DNA of 64,000 nt from an uncultured Chloroflexia bacterium (GTDB lineage Bacteria > Chloroflexota > Limnocylindria > QHBO01): assembly GCA_963840145.1 (NCBI GenBank), contig CAWIXR010000002.1:256280-320279 (forward strand), written 5' to 3'. The translations under genes were made by a program, and so were the position numbers. Shown in pieces: positions 1-9,833 of the stretch. The notes beneath the pieces are model-generated. The model did no database searches and was not told the origin of the DNA. It saw nothing but the letters and a program-made list of their open reading frames with translations. Positions within the stretch are counted from its first letter, which is position 1, and each line of letters starts with the position of its first letter.

Positions 1-4
1 GGGA

Positions 5-1219
<1,215 letters not shown>

Positions 1220-1368
1220 GTGGGGAGTGTAGCCCGCAGCGGTCGTTGCACGGGATGACACCAAGTCTGAAGGAGTGACCGTTCGCTCGGCGCTGGTTGC
1301 ACCCAATGACTCCCTGGACGGCGGGGCCTGTCGTCGTTCGGACTTAGTGGCACCGGCTGCAACGCGAG

Positions 1369-2394
1369 CTAGGGAACGAGCACCACCTTGCCGGCGTGGC
1401 GCGAAGCGACGAGCTCGAAGGCCCGTTCCCACTCGGACAGCTGGAGCCGGTCGGTGATGATCGGCGTCACGTCAAGCGACCCTGAGCGCAACAACGCCTG
1501 CGTCCGCTCCCACGTGTCGTAGATGCGGCGGCCGTAGATGCCGTGCAGGCGCAGGCCCTGCATGATCACGCGTTCGGAGAGGTCGACGGTCGGCGGCTCG
1601 CCGAAGATGCCGAGCAACGAGATCCGACCTCCTCGCGTGACGACCCGGAGCGCGGAGTCAAGCGCCTGCGGCGCGCCGCTCATCTCGAGCACGACCTCGA
1701 CCCCGTCGCCGCCGGTCGCGTCGCGGATCCGCTCTTCCGTGGCCGGATCGGCGCCGTCGAGCATGAGGTCGGCGCCCATCGTGCGAGCCAGCTCGAGACG
1801 GAACGGCTCGGTGTCGGTGGCGATCACCAGCGAGGCGCCGGCCGCCTTTGCGATCCCGACCGCACAGAGGCCGATCGGACCGCACCCGGTGACGAGCACC
1901 GTCTTCCCCTCGATTGACTCGACGAAGGCGGCGTGGACCGCGTTGCCCATCGGCTCCTGGAGCGCGACGACCGCCGGATCCAGCCCGTTCGACTCGATCG
2001 CGTTGGCCTCGGGAATGACGACGCGCTCGGCGAAGCCGCCATCGGTGTGGACGCCGATCACCCGCGAGTTGCGACACAGGTGCATGTCGCCGCGACGGCA
2101 TTGGGCGCAGGTCCAGTCGAAGAGGTGGCTCTCCACCCCGACGAGGTCGCCCTCCTTCACCCGGGTGACGCCCTGACCGATCCCGATCACCGTCCCCGCC
2201 AGCTCGTGCCCGAGAATCCTTGGGGGCTCCATGTTGTCGGCCGCCCAGTCGTCCCAGTCGAAGAGGTGCAGGTCGGTCCCGCAGATGCTGGCCGCATCGA
2301 CGCGGAGGAGAACCTCGCCCGCGCCCGGCGTGGGAGCGGGCCGCTCGACGAGCTCCGCGCCGGGCCCCGGGCGGACCTTGGCCAGCGCGAGCAT
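1369..2394 (-). CDS. tdh: L-threonine 3-dehydrogenase (Zn-dependent MDR)
   Basis: ORF 1369..2949 trimmed to Met186 ([10 protein letters not shown]...). Near-colinear similarity to Tdh: ICGTDLH, GHE..G, CxxCxxG Zn site, GxGxxG NAD fold, GIYGR. Operon with kbl. Confidence 0.88.
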   Translation of the reverse strand: MLALAKVRPGPGAELVERPAPTPGAGEVLLRVDAASICGTDLHLFDWDDWAADNMEPPRILGHELAGTVIGIGQGVTRVKEGDLVGVESHLFDWTCAQCRRGDMHLCRNSRVIGVHTDGGFAERVVIPEANAIESNGLDPAVVALQEPMGNAVHAAFVESIEGKTVLVTGCGPIGLCAVGIAKAAGASLVIATDTEPFRLELARTMGADLMLDGADPATEERIRDATGGDGVEVVLEMSGAPQALDSALRVVTRGGRISLLGIFGEPPTVDLSERVIMQGLRLHGIYGRRIYDTWERTQALLRSGSLDVTPIITDRLQLSEWERAFELVASRHAGKVVLVP

Positions 2395-2417
2395 CGTGCC
2401 GGCGCCGATCGTCGCGC

Positions 2418-3329
2418 TCACCGCGCCGGCTCCGCGAGCGACCCGAACCCGGCGGCCTCGGCGTGATCGGTGATCCGCGGCAGCTCGTCGACGACGGGAT
2501 TCTCGATCGCGCCGATCCCCGCGATCTCGCAGCGCATGACGTCGCCATCGGCCAGGTAGCGCGGTGGCTGCTGGTAGTGCCCGACGCCGGCGGGCGTGCC
2601 GGTGGCGATGACGTCGCCGGGCTCGAGGGTGATCGTGCGCGACGCGAACGCGACCACCGTGAAGACGTCGAAGATCATCTCGGCGGTCGTCGAGTCCTGC
2701 CACGTCTCCCCGTTCACTGCCGAGCGCATGCGCAGCGCCTGCGGATCGCCGAGCTCGTCGGTGGTCACGACCGCCGGGCCCATCGGCGCGAATCCGTCGC
2801 TGCCCTTGGCCCGCAGCCACTGCCGATCCTCGCGCTGGAGGTCGCGCATCGTGACGTCGTTGAGGATCGAGTACCCGAAGATGACCCCCGGAGCCTCCGC
2901 CGGGCCGATGCGCGAGGCGTGCTTCCCGATCACCACCGCCAGCTCGCACTCGAGGTCGAGCTGCTCGGTCGCGACCGGCCGCGTGACCGATGCTCCGGGG
3001 TGCGAGACGGCGTTTGCGAACTTGCTGAACAGCATTGGGTAGGCAGGAGGCGCGACGCCCTGCTCGCGGCAGTGGTCGTGGTAGTTGAGGCCGACGCAGA
3101 CAATCTTGCCGGGTCGCCGGATCGGCGCCTGGAGAACGACCTCATCGGGCGTGAAGGTCTGCGCGCGGACTTGGAGATCCTCGACGTCCGCGGCCGCGAT
3201 CCCGCGCGCGAGCATCTCGCCGACGTCGGTCACCCCGAGGACGGCGGTCAGGTCGTGGATCGTGCCGCCCGCGGCCTCGACGCCGAGCCGCGACCCGGAG
3301 CCTTCGTGGGAGTACGTGACGAGCCGCAC
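2418..3329 (-). CDS. fumarylacetoacetate hydrolase (FAH) family protein
   Basis: 303-aa ORF with the FAH-fold signature (KIVCVGLNY..HCRE, metal-binding E/D residues). Probably a 2-keto-4-pentenoate/oxaloacetate decarboxylase-type hydratase. Confidence 0.8.
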   Translation of the reverse strand: MRLVTYSHEGSGSRLGVEAAGGTIHDLTAVLGVTDVGEMLARGIAAADVEDLQVRAQTFTPDEVVLQAPIRRPGKIVCVGLNYHDHCREQGVAPPAYPMLFSKFANAVSHPGASVTRPVATEQLDLECELAVVIGKHASRIGPAEAPGVIFGYSILNDVTMRDLQREDRQWLRAKGSDGFAPMGPAVVTTDELGDPQALRMRSAVNGETWQDSTTAEMIFDVFTVVAFASRTITLEPGDVIATGTPAGVGHYQQPPRYLADGDVMRCEIAGIGAIENPVVDELPRITDHAEAAGFGSLAEPAR

Positions 3330-3348
3330 GCGGCCGAGTATAGGGAGG

Positions 3349-3780
3349 TCAGTCCTCGCTGAAGTACGCCCGGGCCGATGGCCGGAGAAGGCCGATCAGC
3401 AGCCCCGCGCTGACGAGCAGCCCTATCGGCACGAACAGCGTGTACCACCCGTTCGCGGCCACGGCCGGCATCTCGAGCAGGATCGGCGGCAGGCCGGCCA
3501 GGATCGGGACCGGCAGCAGCGCGATGCCGATCGCGAACCGGTAGCCGATCCGCTTGCGCTGGAGCGCCACAGTGATCCCGAAGAGGACCGCGGCCAGCTC
3601 GACCATCATGAAGATGCCGAGCAGGCTGAATGGCGCGCGCTCGCTGAAGTCGATGAACTCGACGATCCGCCCGAGCAGCAGCCCGGTGATGATCAGCAGG
3701 CTGAAGGCCCAGACGAACCAGAGGCGCACCGACAGGGGCATCGGTGGCCGATCTCCGGTGACCTCGGGTTCGGTGCTCAC
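3349..3780 (-). CDS. small integral membrane protein (4 predicted TM helices), unknown function
   Basis: 143-aa ORF with four hydrophobic ~20-aa segments. No recognisable domain. Confidence 0.55.
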   Translation of the reverse strand: MSTEPEVTGDRPPMPLSVRLWFVWAFSLLIITGLLLGRIVEFIDFSERAPFSLLGIFMMVELAAVLFGITVALQRKRIGYRFAIGIALLPVPILAGLPPILLEMPAVAANGWYTLFVPIGLLVSAGLLIGLLRPSARAYFSED

Positions 3781-3882
3781 GGGCCGATCCTAGCCGGAAC
3801 CGTTGTGTGCGGCGCCCGCGCCGGATATTCCCCGTGTGCGTGTAAGGGCCACGACGTGGCCGTTTCATGCACCACCGGACTC

Positions 3883-3990
3883 AATCGGCCAGGATGCGGC
3901 CGCTTGCCTGGCCGTTTCAGTCACCGAGTGAGTAATCGGCCACTTCTTGGCCGATACAGGCGCCCTGGGAATATCTCGCTCCGATCACGG
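3883..3990 (+). repeat. conserved ~110-nt intergenic element A containing perfect palindrome ATCGGCCA-cttc-TGGCCGAT (3934-3954)
   Basis: About 75% identical over ~108 nt to 32611-32717. Shared blocks are AATCGGCCA, TTGCCTGGCC, (A/T)TCGGCCACTTCTTGGCCG and GGGAATATCNCGCT. Lies in the divergent region upstream of the HK/RR operon. Confidence 0.5.
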
Positions 3991-4016
3991 GCCCCCCGCC
4001 CCCTACCATCAGTCCC

Positions 4017-5549
4017 ATGGATTGGCTCGCGGAGCTGTTCGAGACCAACCGCATCATCGTCCTCTCGGTCTACGGGCAGGTCTTCTTCGTGATGGGCCTG
4101 GCGGTCGCGCTCCAGAGCCGGCAACGGTCGCAGCTGCCGCTGGCCCGACCGCTCGGCTGGCTCGCGGCCTTCGGCCTGCTCCACGGGCTCATGATCTGGG
4201 GCTACCTGTTCGTCCCGATCCAGGCCGGCTGGCTGCCGCCGCCGGTGATCGAGGCGCTGCTCGGCCTGCAGCTGCTGATGAAGCCGATCAGCTTCGCGCT
4301 GCTCTTCCAGTTCGGGATCGAGCTGTGGATTGCGACGCGCAACGGCGAGCGCCCGCTGCCCACCATTCGGGGGCAGCCCTGGCTGCGGCTGATTCCGATC
4401 GCGACGCTGGCCCTGTGGACGGTCGCCACGGTCGTGCTGTCGACCACAGTCGCGGCGGGCTTCGTGCCCGACGTCGGTCCGTGGCTGCCCTCGCCGCAGA
4501 TCGGCGCCGCGCTCGCCGAGGTGGGAGCGCCGCTGGCGGTGGGCGACGTCGTGGCGCGCTACATGATCGCCGTGCCCGCGTCGCTGCTGGTGGCGGTGAC
4601 ATTGCGCCGCACGACGCGCCTGCTGGCGCCGATGGCCGGCCGCGGCGTCGCCACGGCACTGTCGGCCGCGTCGGTCGCGTTCGTGGTCTTCGCTATCGTC
4701 GGCGGCCTCGTGCCGATGGAGGCGCCGTTCCCGCTCGCGTCGGTGCTCAACGACCAGGTCGTGCTCGCCACGCTCGGCATCCCGATCGAGGTGTTCGTCT
4801 CGATCACCGGCCTGGCCATCGCGATCGCGGTCATCGTCAGCCTCGAGCTGTTCGAGCAGGAGACCGATCGCGCCCTCGCCGACGCTCGCCGACGCGAGCT
4901 CCTGCTCCGCGAGCGCGAGCGCATCGGCCGCGACCTGCACGACGGGATCATCCAGTCGATCTACGCCGCGGGCCTGCACCTCGAGCAGGCTACGGCCGAC
5001 ATCGGCGACGGCGGCGACGGGGCACCGGCGCGAGAGCGGATCGCGACGGTTATGGGCGAGCTGAATCGGATCACGAACGACATCCGCAGCACGATCTTCG
5101 CGCTCCGCTCCGGTGATCTCGAGGCGCGCGACGCCGAGGCGATCGTCCTGGCCGCTGCCGACGAGCTCCAGGCCCACACGCTGGTGAAGCTCGAAGTCTC
5201 GACCGATGGGCTGTTCCGGCCGCGGCTGCGTCCCGAGCAGGCGGAGGAGCTGCACCACCTCGTTACCGAGGCCTTCAGCAACGTCCTGCGCCACGCGCAC
5301 GCCAAGCACGTGAGCGTCCACATGGCCTGCACCCAGCGCCGCTTCACGCTCGAGATCCGCGACGACGGCACCGGCTTCGACCCGTCAGCGCCTCCACCGC
5401 GCGCCCGGCGGGGGCAGGCCCAGGGCCTCGCCAACATCCGCAGGCGTGCCGAGCTGCTGGACGCGACGCTCGAGGTCGAGAGCGCCCCCGGGCGCGGTAC
5501 GCGCCTCTCGCTTACGATGCCGGTGGCCACCACGCGGCGGCCGACCTGA
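4017..5549 (+). CDS. sensor histidine kinase, multi-TM N-terminal sensor + HisKA_3 + HATPase_c (NarL-partner type)
   Basis: N-terminal ~280 aa form 7-8 hydrophobic helices. H-box ERERIGRDLHDGIIQSIY is HisKA_3; the C-terminal G-box region is RGTRLSL. Followed 5 nt later by a LuxR-family RR. Confidence 0.85.
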   Translation: MDWLAELFETNRIIVLSVYGQVFFVMGLAVALQSRQRSQLPLARPLGWLAAFGLLHGLMIWGYLFVPIQAGWLPPPVIEALLGLQLLMKPISFALLFQFGIELWIATRNGERPLPTIRGQPWLRLIPIATLALWTVATVVLSTTVAAGFVPDVGPWLPSPQIGAALAEVGAPLAVGDVVARYMIAVPASLLVAVTLRRTTRLLAPMAGRGVATALSAASVAFVVFAIVGGLVPMEAPFPLASVLNDQVVLATLGIPIEVFVSITGLAIAIAVIVSLELFEQETDRALADARRRELLLRERERIGRDLHDGIIQSIYAAGLHLEQATADIGDGGDGAPARERIATVMGELNRITNDIRSTIFALRSGDLEARDAEAIVLAAADELQAHTLVKLEVSTDGLFRPRLRPEQAEELHHLVTEAFSNVLRHAHAKHVSVHMACTQRRFTLEIRDDGTGFDPSAPPPRARRGQAQGLANIRRRAELLDATLEVESAPGRGTRLSLTMPVATTRRPT

Positions 5550-5554
5550 AGCGC

Positions 5555-6250
5555 ATGACCGATACCCCCCAGAACGTCGCGCCCGCGACGCCCATCCGGA
5601 TCCTCATCGCCGATGACCACGAGGTGGTCCGCATCGGCCTCGCCGCCATGCTCGCCGCACAGGAGGGCTTCGAGGTCGTGGCGCAGGCTGCCACCGGCGA
5701 CGAGGCGACCCGGCTGGCGCTCCACCACCGGCCCGACGTGGTCGTGATGGACATCCGCATGCCTGGCGGCTCGGGGATCGACGCCTGCCGCGCGATCACC
5801 GCCGCTCGCCCCGGCACGCCCGTGATCATGCTGACCAGCCATGCCGACTCCGACGCCCTCTTCGACGCGATCGACGCCGGCGCCTCGGGCTACGTCCTGA
5901 AGCGGGTCGGCTCGCGCGAGCTGATCGACGCGGTGCGCACGGTTGCCGCCGGCGGGTCGCTGCTTGACCCCGCCGTCACCCGCCCGGTCCTCGATCGCAT
6001 CCGCAACGCCGGTCGCCTCGAGGAGGCCGGCGCCTTCGCCGATCTCACCGAGCAGGAGCGGCGCGTGCTGGCACACATCGCCGACGGTGCCTCGAACCGC
6101 CAGATCGCCGATCGCATGGGTTTGGCCGAGAAGACGGTCCGCAATTACGTCTCCAGCATCCTCGCCAAGCTGGCCCTCGAGAGCCGGTCGCAGGCGGCGG
6201 CGTACGCCATCCGCAACCGCCTCCCCGAGCTCGCGGCGAGCGAGGCATGA
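5555..6250 (+). CDS. two-component response regulator, NarL/LuxR family (REC + HTH_LuxR)
   Basis: Receiver motifs are ILIADDH, the phospho-Asp in VVVMDIRMPG, and the conserved K in VLK. The C-terminal LuxR HTH is TEQERRVLAHIADGASNRQIADRMGLAEKTVRNYVSSILAKL. Confidence 0.9.
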   Translation: MTDTPQNVAPATPIRILIADDHEVVRIGLAAMLAAQEGFEVVAQAATGDEATRLALHHRPDVVVMDIRMPGGSGIDACRAITAARPGTPVIMLTSHADSDALFDAIDAGASGYVLKRVGSRELIDAVRTVAAGGSLLDPAVTRPVLDRIRNAGRLEEAGAFADLTEQERRVLAHIADGASNRQIADRMGLAEKTVRNYVSSILAKLALESRSQAAAYAIRNRLPELAASEA

Positions 6251-6897
6251 GGCGACCGCCGCAGGCGCTGCACATCGGCCTGGCGATGCTCCTCCTGTCC
6301 GGCTGCGTCTTCACGCCGTCGCCGTCGCCCTCACCGACCGCGTCGCCGACCGTCGAGCCGAGCCCGTCCCCGTCGCCGTCCGCCACCGCGGGCCTGAGCG
6401 GGACGGCCGAGCCGACCACGACCGCATCGCCCGAGCCGGAGCTCGGCCTCGACCTTCCCGAGGAGGCCGATGACCGCGTCGTCGCCGTCACCGTCGAACC
6501 GCAGGTCGGCGCCGACGGCGGCAGGATCGTCGTCACCGTCGTCAGCCAGGCCGACGACATGATCGAGGAGCTCGTCCTGCGCTGGCCGCGCGAGCTGAAC
6601 CGGACGCTGTTCCTGCGGCCGTTCGAGCCGTCCGAGCAGCGCATCGCCGAGTTCGGGCCTCCGCTCGTGCAGCCATGGACGAAGTGGGTGCTCGGCCCCG
6701 GCGAGGATGGCGAGCCGGCCGGCACCGTCTCGCTCGGGTGGGGCCCGCTGTTCCCCGGCGCGACCCTGACGATCCCGGTCCTCGTCGTCCGTCGCGGAGG
6801 TGGCCCGGTCGAGTTCGACCTCCAGGTCCTCTCAACCAACGACATCCTCACCGCGCCCGACGGCGAGCCCGCCGAGTTCCGCGTGACGGTGCCCTGA
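6247..6897 (+). CDS. lipoprotein with Pro/Ser-rich linker, unknown function
   Basis: Signal peptide plus lipobox LLSGC, then an SPSPSP linker. Start overlaps the RR stop (ATGA). Confidence 0.6.
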   Translation: MRRPPQALHIGLAMLLLSGCVFTPSPSPSPTASPTVEPSPSPSPSATAGLSGTAEPTTTASPEPELGLDLPEEADDRVVAVTVEPQVGADGGRIVVTVVSQADDMIEELVLRWPRELNRTLFLRPFEPSEQRIAEFGPPLVQPWTKWVLGPGEDGEPAGTVSLGWGPLFPGATLTIPVLVVRRGGGPVEFDLQVLSTNDILTAPDGEPAEFRVTVP

Positions 6898-7601
6898 TGC
6901 CTGCCATCCTCCCGCCCTGGACCGAGGCCGATCCGGTCCTTCACGCGCGACTGACCGCGGCAATCGACCCCGACCGCAAGGTCCTCGACGCGCTCGAGCG
7001 GATCATCCCGCTCAGCGGCAAGCGCATCGCGGACATCGGGACCGGGATCGGCCACTACCCGATGCTGCTGGCGCACCGCACCGGACGGACCTACGGCATC
7101 GAGACCGATCCGGTGCTGCTGGCCGAGGCTCGGCGGCGCGCCGCCGAGTCGCACCAGCCGAATATCCGGATCGTCGAAGGCAGCGGCACGTCGCTGCCGC
7201 TCCGCGACGGGGCGGTCGACGTCGTGCTCACCGCCGGCATCATGCCCGAGGACTCGTCACTGCCCGCCATCGAGGAGGCGCTGCGGGTGATTCGGCCCGG
7301 CGGACGGCTGATCGCGATCGGCTACTACGGCCGCGACGACGTTGCCCAGCTGCTCGAGCCGGAGGTGGTCGCCGCATCGGTCGAGGCCACCCAGCGCCGA
7401 ACCGGGTGGTGGGTGCGCAACGGGTTCAAGATCAAGGTCGTCCATGCGAAGGTCGACCTCAGCGACCCCGACATCGCGCACGACCTGCTGCCGCGCCTCT
7501 ACGGAGATCGCGGCCGCGCCTACCTGATGGCGCCCCACGGCGGGTCCCTGCGCCTGAACCTCGGCCTCTACCATCGGGGGCCGATCGAGCCCGCAGGCTG
7601 A
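6897..7601 (+). CDS. class I SAM-dependent methyltransferase
   Basis: ORF 6675..7601 trimmed to Met75 (MPAILPPW; ATGA overlap with the lipoprotein stop). SAM motif I is IADIGTGIG; motif post I/II is VDVVLTAG...RVIRPGGRL. Confidence 0.75.
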   Translation: MPAILPPWTEADPVLHARLTAAIDPDRKVLDALERIIPLSGKRIADIGTGIGHYPMLLAHRTGRTYGIETDPVLLAEARRRAAESHQPNIRIVEGSGTSLPLRDGAVDVVLTAGIMPEDSSLPAIEEALRVIRPGGRLIAIGYYGRDDVAQLLEPEVVAASVEATQRRTGWWVRNGFKIKVVHAKVDLSDPDIAHDLLPRLYGDRGRAYLMAPHGGSLRLNLGLYHRGPIEPAG

Positions 7602-7689
7602 GAATCGGTGACACCGACCACCACGCACGACGCATTCCGTGCAGATACAGCCTTGCGGTCGCTGTTCGGCGCGGATATCATCGATGGGT

Positions 7690-7730
7690 CCGAAGGCCAG
7701 GCTCTTCTCCCCCCGGAGCCTGGCCTTCGG
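7690..7730 (+). terminator. 15-bp perfect GC-rich hairpin (ccgaaggccaggctc / gagcctggccttcgg), possible U-less terminator or regulatory structure
   Basis: Perfect inverted repeat between the methyltransferase and the ALDH gene. No downstream U-tract. Confidence 0.3.
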
Positions 7731-7826
7731 CGTTGTCCGGCCCAGGGACGCGCCGATGCGATAATGGGCCGCCCGAGACGCCAGCCACTGATTTCCCCTC
7801 GCAGCGCAGGAGGCGGACGACGCACG

Positions 7827-9398
7827 ATGGCCACCACGCCGCGCATGAAGATCACCTACGCGACGCTCTCGGCCGACAACGAGGAGCTCCAGTCCTCGTT
7901 CGACGCCGCCCTCGAGGGCGCCCGCGCCTCGCTCGGGCAGACCTACCCGATGATCATTGGCGGCGAGGAGCGCCTCGGCGACGAGACCTTCGAGGACCGT
8001 TCGCCGACCGACCGTGCCCTCGTCGTCGCCCGCTTCCCGGTCGGCACGAAGCAGGACGTCCGTGACGCGATCGCCGCGGCCCGCGCCGCCTACCCGGCCT
8101 GGCGCGACACCCGGTGGCGCGACCGCCTCGCCATCCTGCGCCGCGCCGCCGAGCTGATCAGCGAGCGCCAGTTCGACTATGCCGCGCTCATGGCCCTCGA
8201 GGTCGGCAAGAACCGGCTCGAGGCCCTCGGCGACGTCGAGGAGACCGCGGACCTGCTGCGCTACTACGGCGACGAGTTCGAGAAGGCGGACGGCTTCGTG
8301 AAGCCGATGGGCTCGCTGTCATCGGCCGAGAAGACCCGCTCGGTCCTGCGACCGTACGGCGTGTTCGGCGTGATCAGCCCATTCAACTTCCCGATGGCGC
8401 TCGCCGGCGGGCCCGCCGGCGGCGCGATGATCGCCGGCAACACCGTCGTCCTCAAGCCATCGTCGGATGCGCCGCTGCTGGGCTGGAAGTTCGGCGAGGC
8501 GCTGCGCGACGCGGGCCTGCCCGACGGGGTCTTCAACCTCGTCACCGGCCCAGGCGAGACGGTCGGAGCGGAGCTGGAGGACAACCCCGGCATCGACGGG
8601 CTCGTCTTCACCGGCAGCTACGAGGTCGGGATGCGGCTGTATCGGTCCTTCACGAAGGACTATCCGCGGCCGATCATCACCGAGATGGGCGGCAAGAACC
8701 CGGCGATCGTGACCGCCAACGCGGACCTCGACGAGGCCGCGGAGGGCGTCATGCGCTCGGCCTTCGGCTTCGACGGCCAGAAGTGCAGCGCCAACTCACG
8801 GGTCTACGTCGAGAAGCCCGTCGCCCGCGAGTTCGTGGATCGCCTCGTCGAGAAGGCGCGCGGGATCACCGTCGGCGATCCGACGCAGCGCGAGAACTGG
8901 ATGGGCCCGGTCATCAACCAGCGCGCGCTCGACACGTTCTCGAAGGCCGTCGCCGACGCGATGGCCGATGGCGGCACCGTCGAGATCGGCGGCTCGACCG
9001 ACGACTCGAAGGGCTTCTTCCCGACGCCGACCGTGGTGACCGGCCTACCGCTGGATCATCGACTCTTCCACGACGAGCTGTTCGTGCCGTTCCTCGTGGT
9101 CGGCGAGGTCGACTCGCTCGACCAGGCACTCCACGAAGCCAATGACACCGAGTACGGCCTCACCGCCGGCATCTTCAGCCGCGACCCCGCCGAGGTGCAG
9201 CGCTTCCTCGACACGATCCAGGCCGGCGTCGTGTACGTGAATCGCCGCGCCGGCGCCACGACCGGTGCCTGGCCGGGCATCCAGAGCTTCGGAGGGTGGA
9301 AGGGCTCGGGCTCGTCCGGCAAGGGCGGGCTCGGCCCGTATTACGTCCAGCAGTTCCTGCGCGAGCAGTCGCAGACCGTCGTGGGGGAGGAACGGTGA
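7827..9398 (+). CDS. aldehyde dehydrogenase family, 1-pyrroline-5-carboxylate/glutamate-semialdehyde dehydrogenase-like
   Basis: ORF 7608..9398 trimmed to ATG 7827, which has AGGAGG 12 nt upstream. ALDH motifs present: GGKNPAIV, GFDGQKCSA catalytic Cys, ANDTEYGLTAGIFS. C-terminal tail GGWKGSGSSGKGGLGPYY resembles RocA/PruA-type P5CDH. Confidence 0.82.
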   Translation: MATTPRMKITYATLSADNEELQSSFDAALEGARASLGQTYPMIIGGEERLGDETFEDRSPTDRALVVARFPVGTKQDVRDAIAAARAAYPAWRDTRWRDRLAILRRAAELISERQFDYAALMALEVGKNRLEALGDVEETADLLRYYGDEFEKADGFVKPMGSLSSAEKTRSVLRPYGVFGVISPFNFPMALAGGPAGGAMIAGNTVVLKPSSDAPLLGWKFGEALRDAGLPDGVFNLVTGPGETVGAELEDNPGIDGLVFTGSYEVGMRLYRSFTKDYPRPIITEMGGKNPAIVTANADLDEAAEGVMRSAFGFDGQKCSANSRVYVEKPVAREFVDRLVEKARGITVGDPTQRENWMGPVINQRALDTFSKAVADAMADGGTVEIGGSTDDSKGFFPTPTVVTGLPLDHRLFHDELFVPFLVVGEVDSLDQALHEANDTEYGLTAGIFSRDPAEVQRFLDTIQAGVVYVNRRAGATTGAWPGIQSFGGWKGSGSSGKGGLGPYYVQQFLREQSQTVVGEER

Positions 9399-9826
9399 TG
9401 ACCGCGCGTCCGCACGTTCTCGACGAGACACTCGTCCAGCCCTCCGGCTGGTTCGCGGTCCAGCTGCGCTACGCCTACCTCGCCGGCGATCCGGAGGCCG
9501 CGACGATGGTCGAGGACCGCGTCGTCCTCGTCGACGGCGAGGACGAGGAGGCCGCACTCGGTCGCGCGGTCGAGATGGCGCCCGAGTACGAGGACGAGTA
9601 CGAGACCGATGAAGGCGGCACCGGCTCGATCCGCTTCGAGGGCATCGTCGCCATCAAGGAGCTCGACGACCCACCCGGCGCCGGCACGGAGGTCTGGCAC
9701 GAGTTCATGAACCCGGACCCCGCTCGCCCGGCACCGAAGGAGAACGGCAACGGGGACGGCGAGGGCGAGCCGCTGCCGCCGGTGTACCCCGCGGAGATGG
9801 CCTTCCCTCGCGCGCACGACGACTGA
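9398..9826 (+). CDS. conserved hypothetical protein (DUF4288-like)
   Basis: 142-aa ORF whose start overlaps the ALDH stop (ATGA). It has an acidic C-terminus. The family assignment is tentative. Confidence 0.55.
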   Translation: MTARPHVLDETLVQPSGWFAVQLRYAYLAGDPEAATMVEDRVVLVDGEDEEAALGRAVEMAPEYEDEYETDEGGTGSIRFEGIVAIKELDDPPGAGTEVWHEFMNPDPARPAPKENGNGDGEGEPLPPVYPAEMAFPRAHDD

Positions 9827-9833
9827 CCGACCG

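Noticed and set aside
1220-1432. N-terminal 71-codon extension of the kbl ORF
   Set aside because: The extension is R/A/S-rich and crosses the tdh-kbl spacer. Kbl homology begins at Met72.
1658-2548. 296-aa minus-strand ORF and others overlapping tdh
   Set aside because: Alternate frame of a confidently identified Tdh. RGD/RR-rich low-complexity translation.
3921-6076. 466-aa and 371-aa minus-strand ORFs antisense to the histidine kinase and RR
   Set aside because: Antisense shadow ORFs with extreme R/D/G/H composition and no domain. The sense strand has clear HisKA_3/REC/LuxR motifs.
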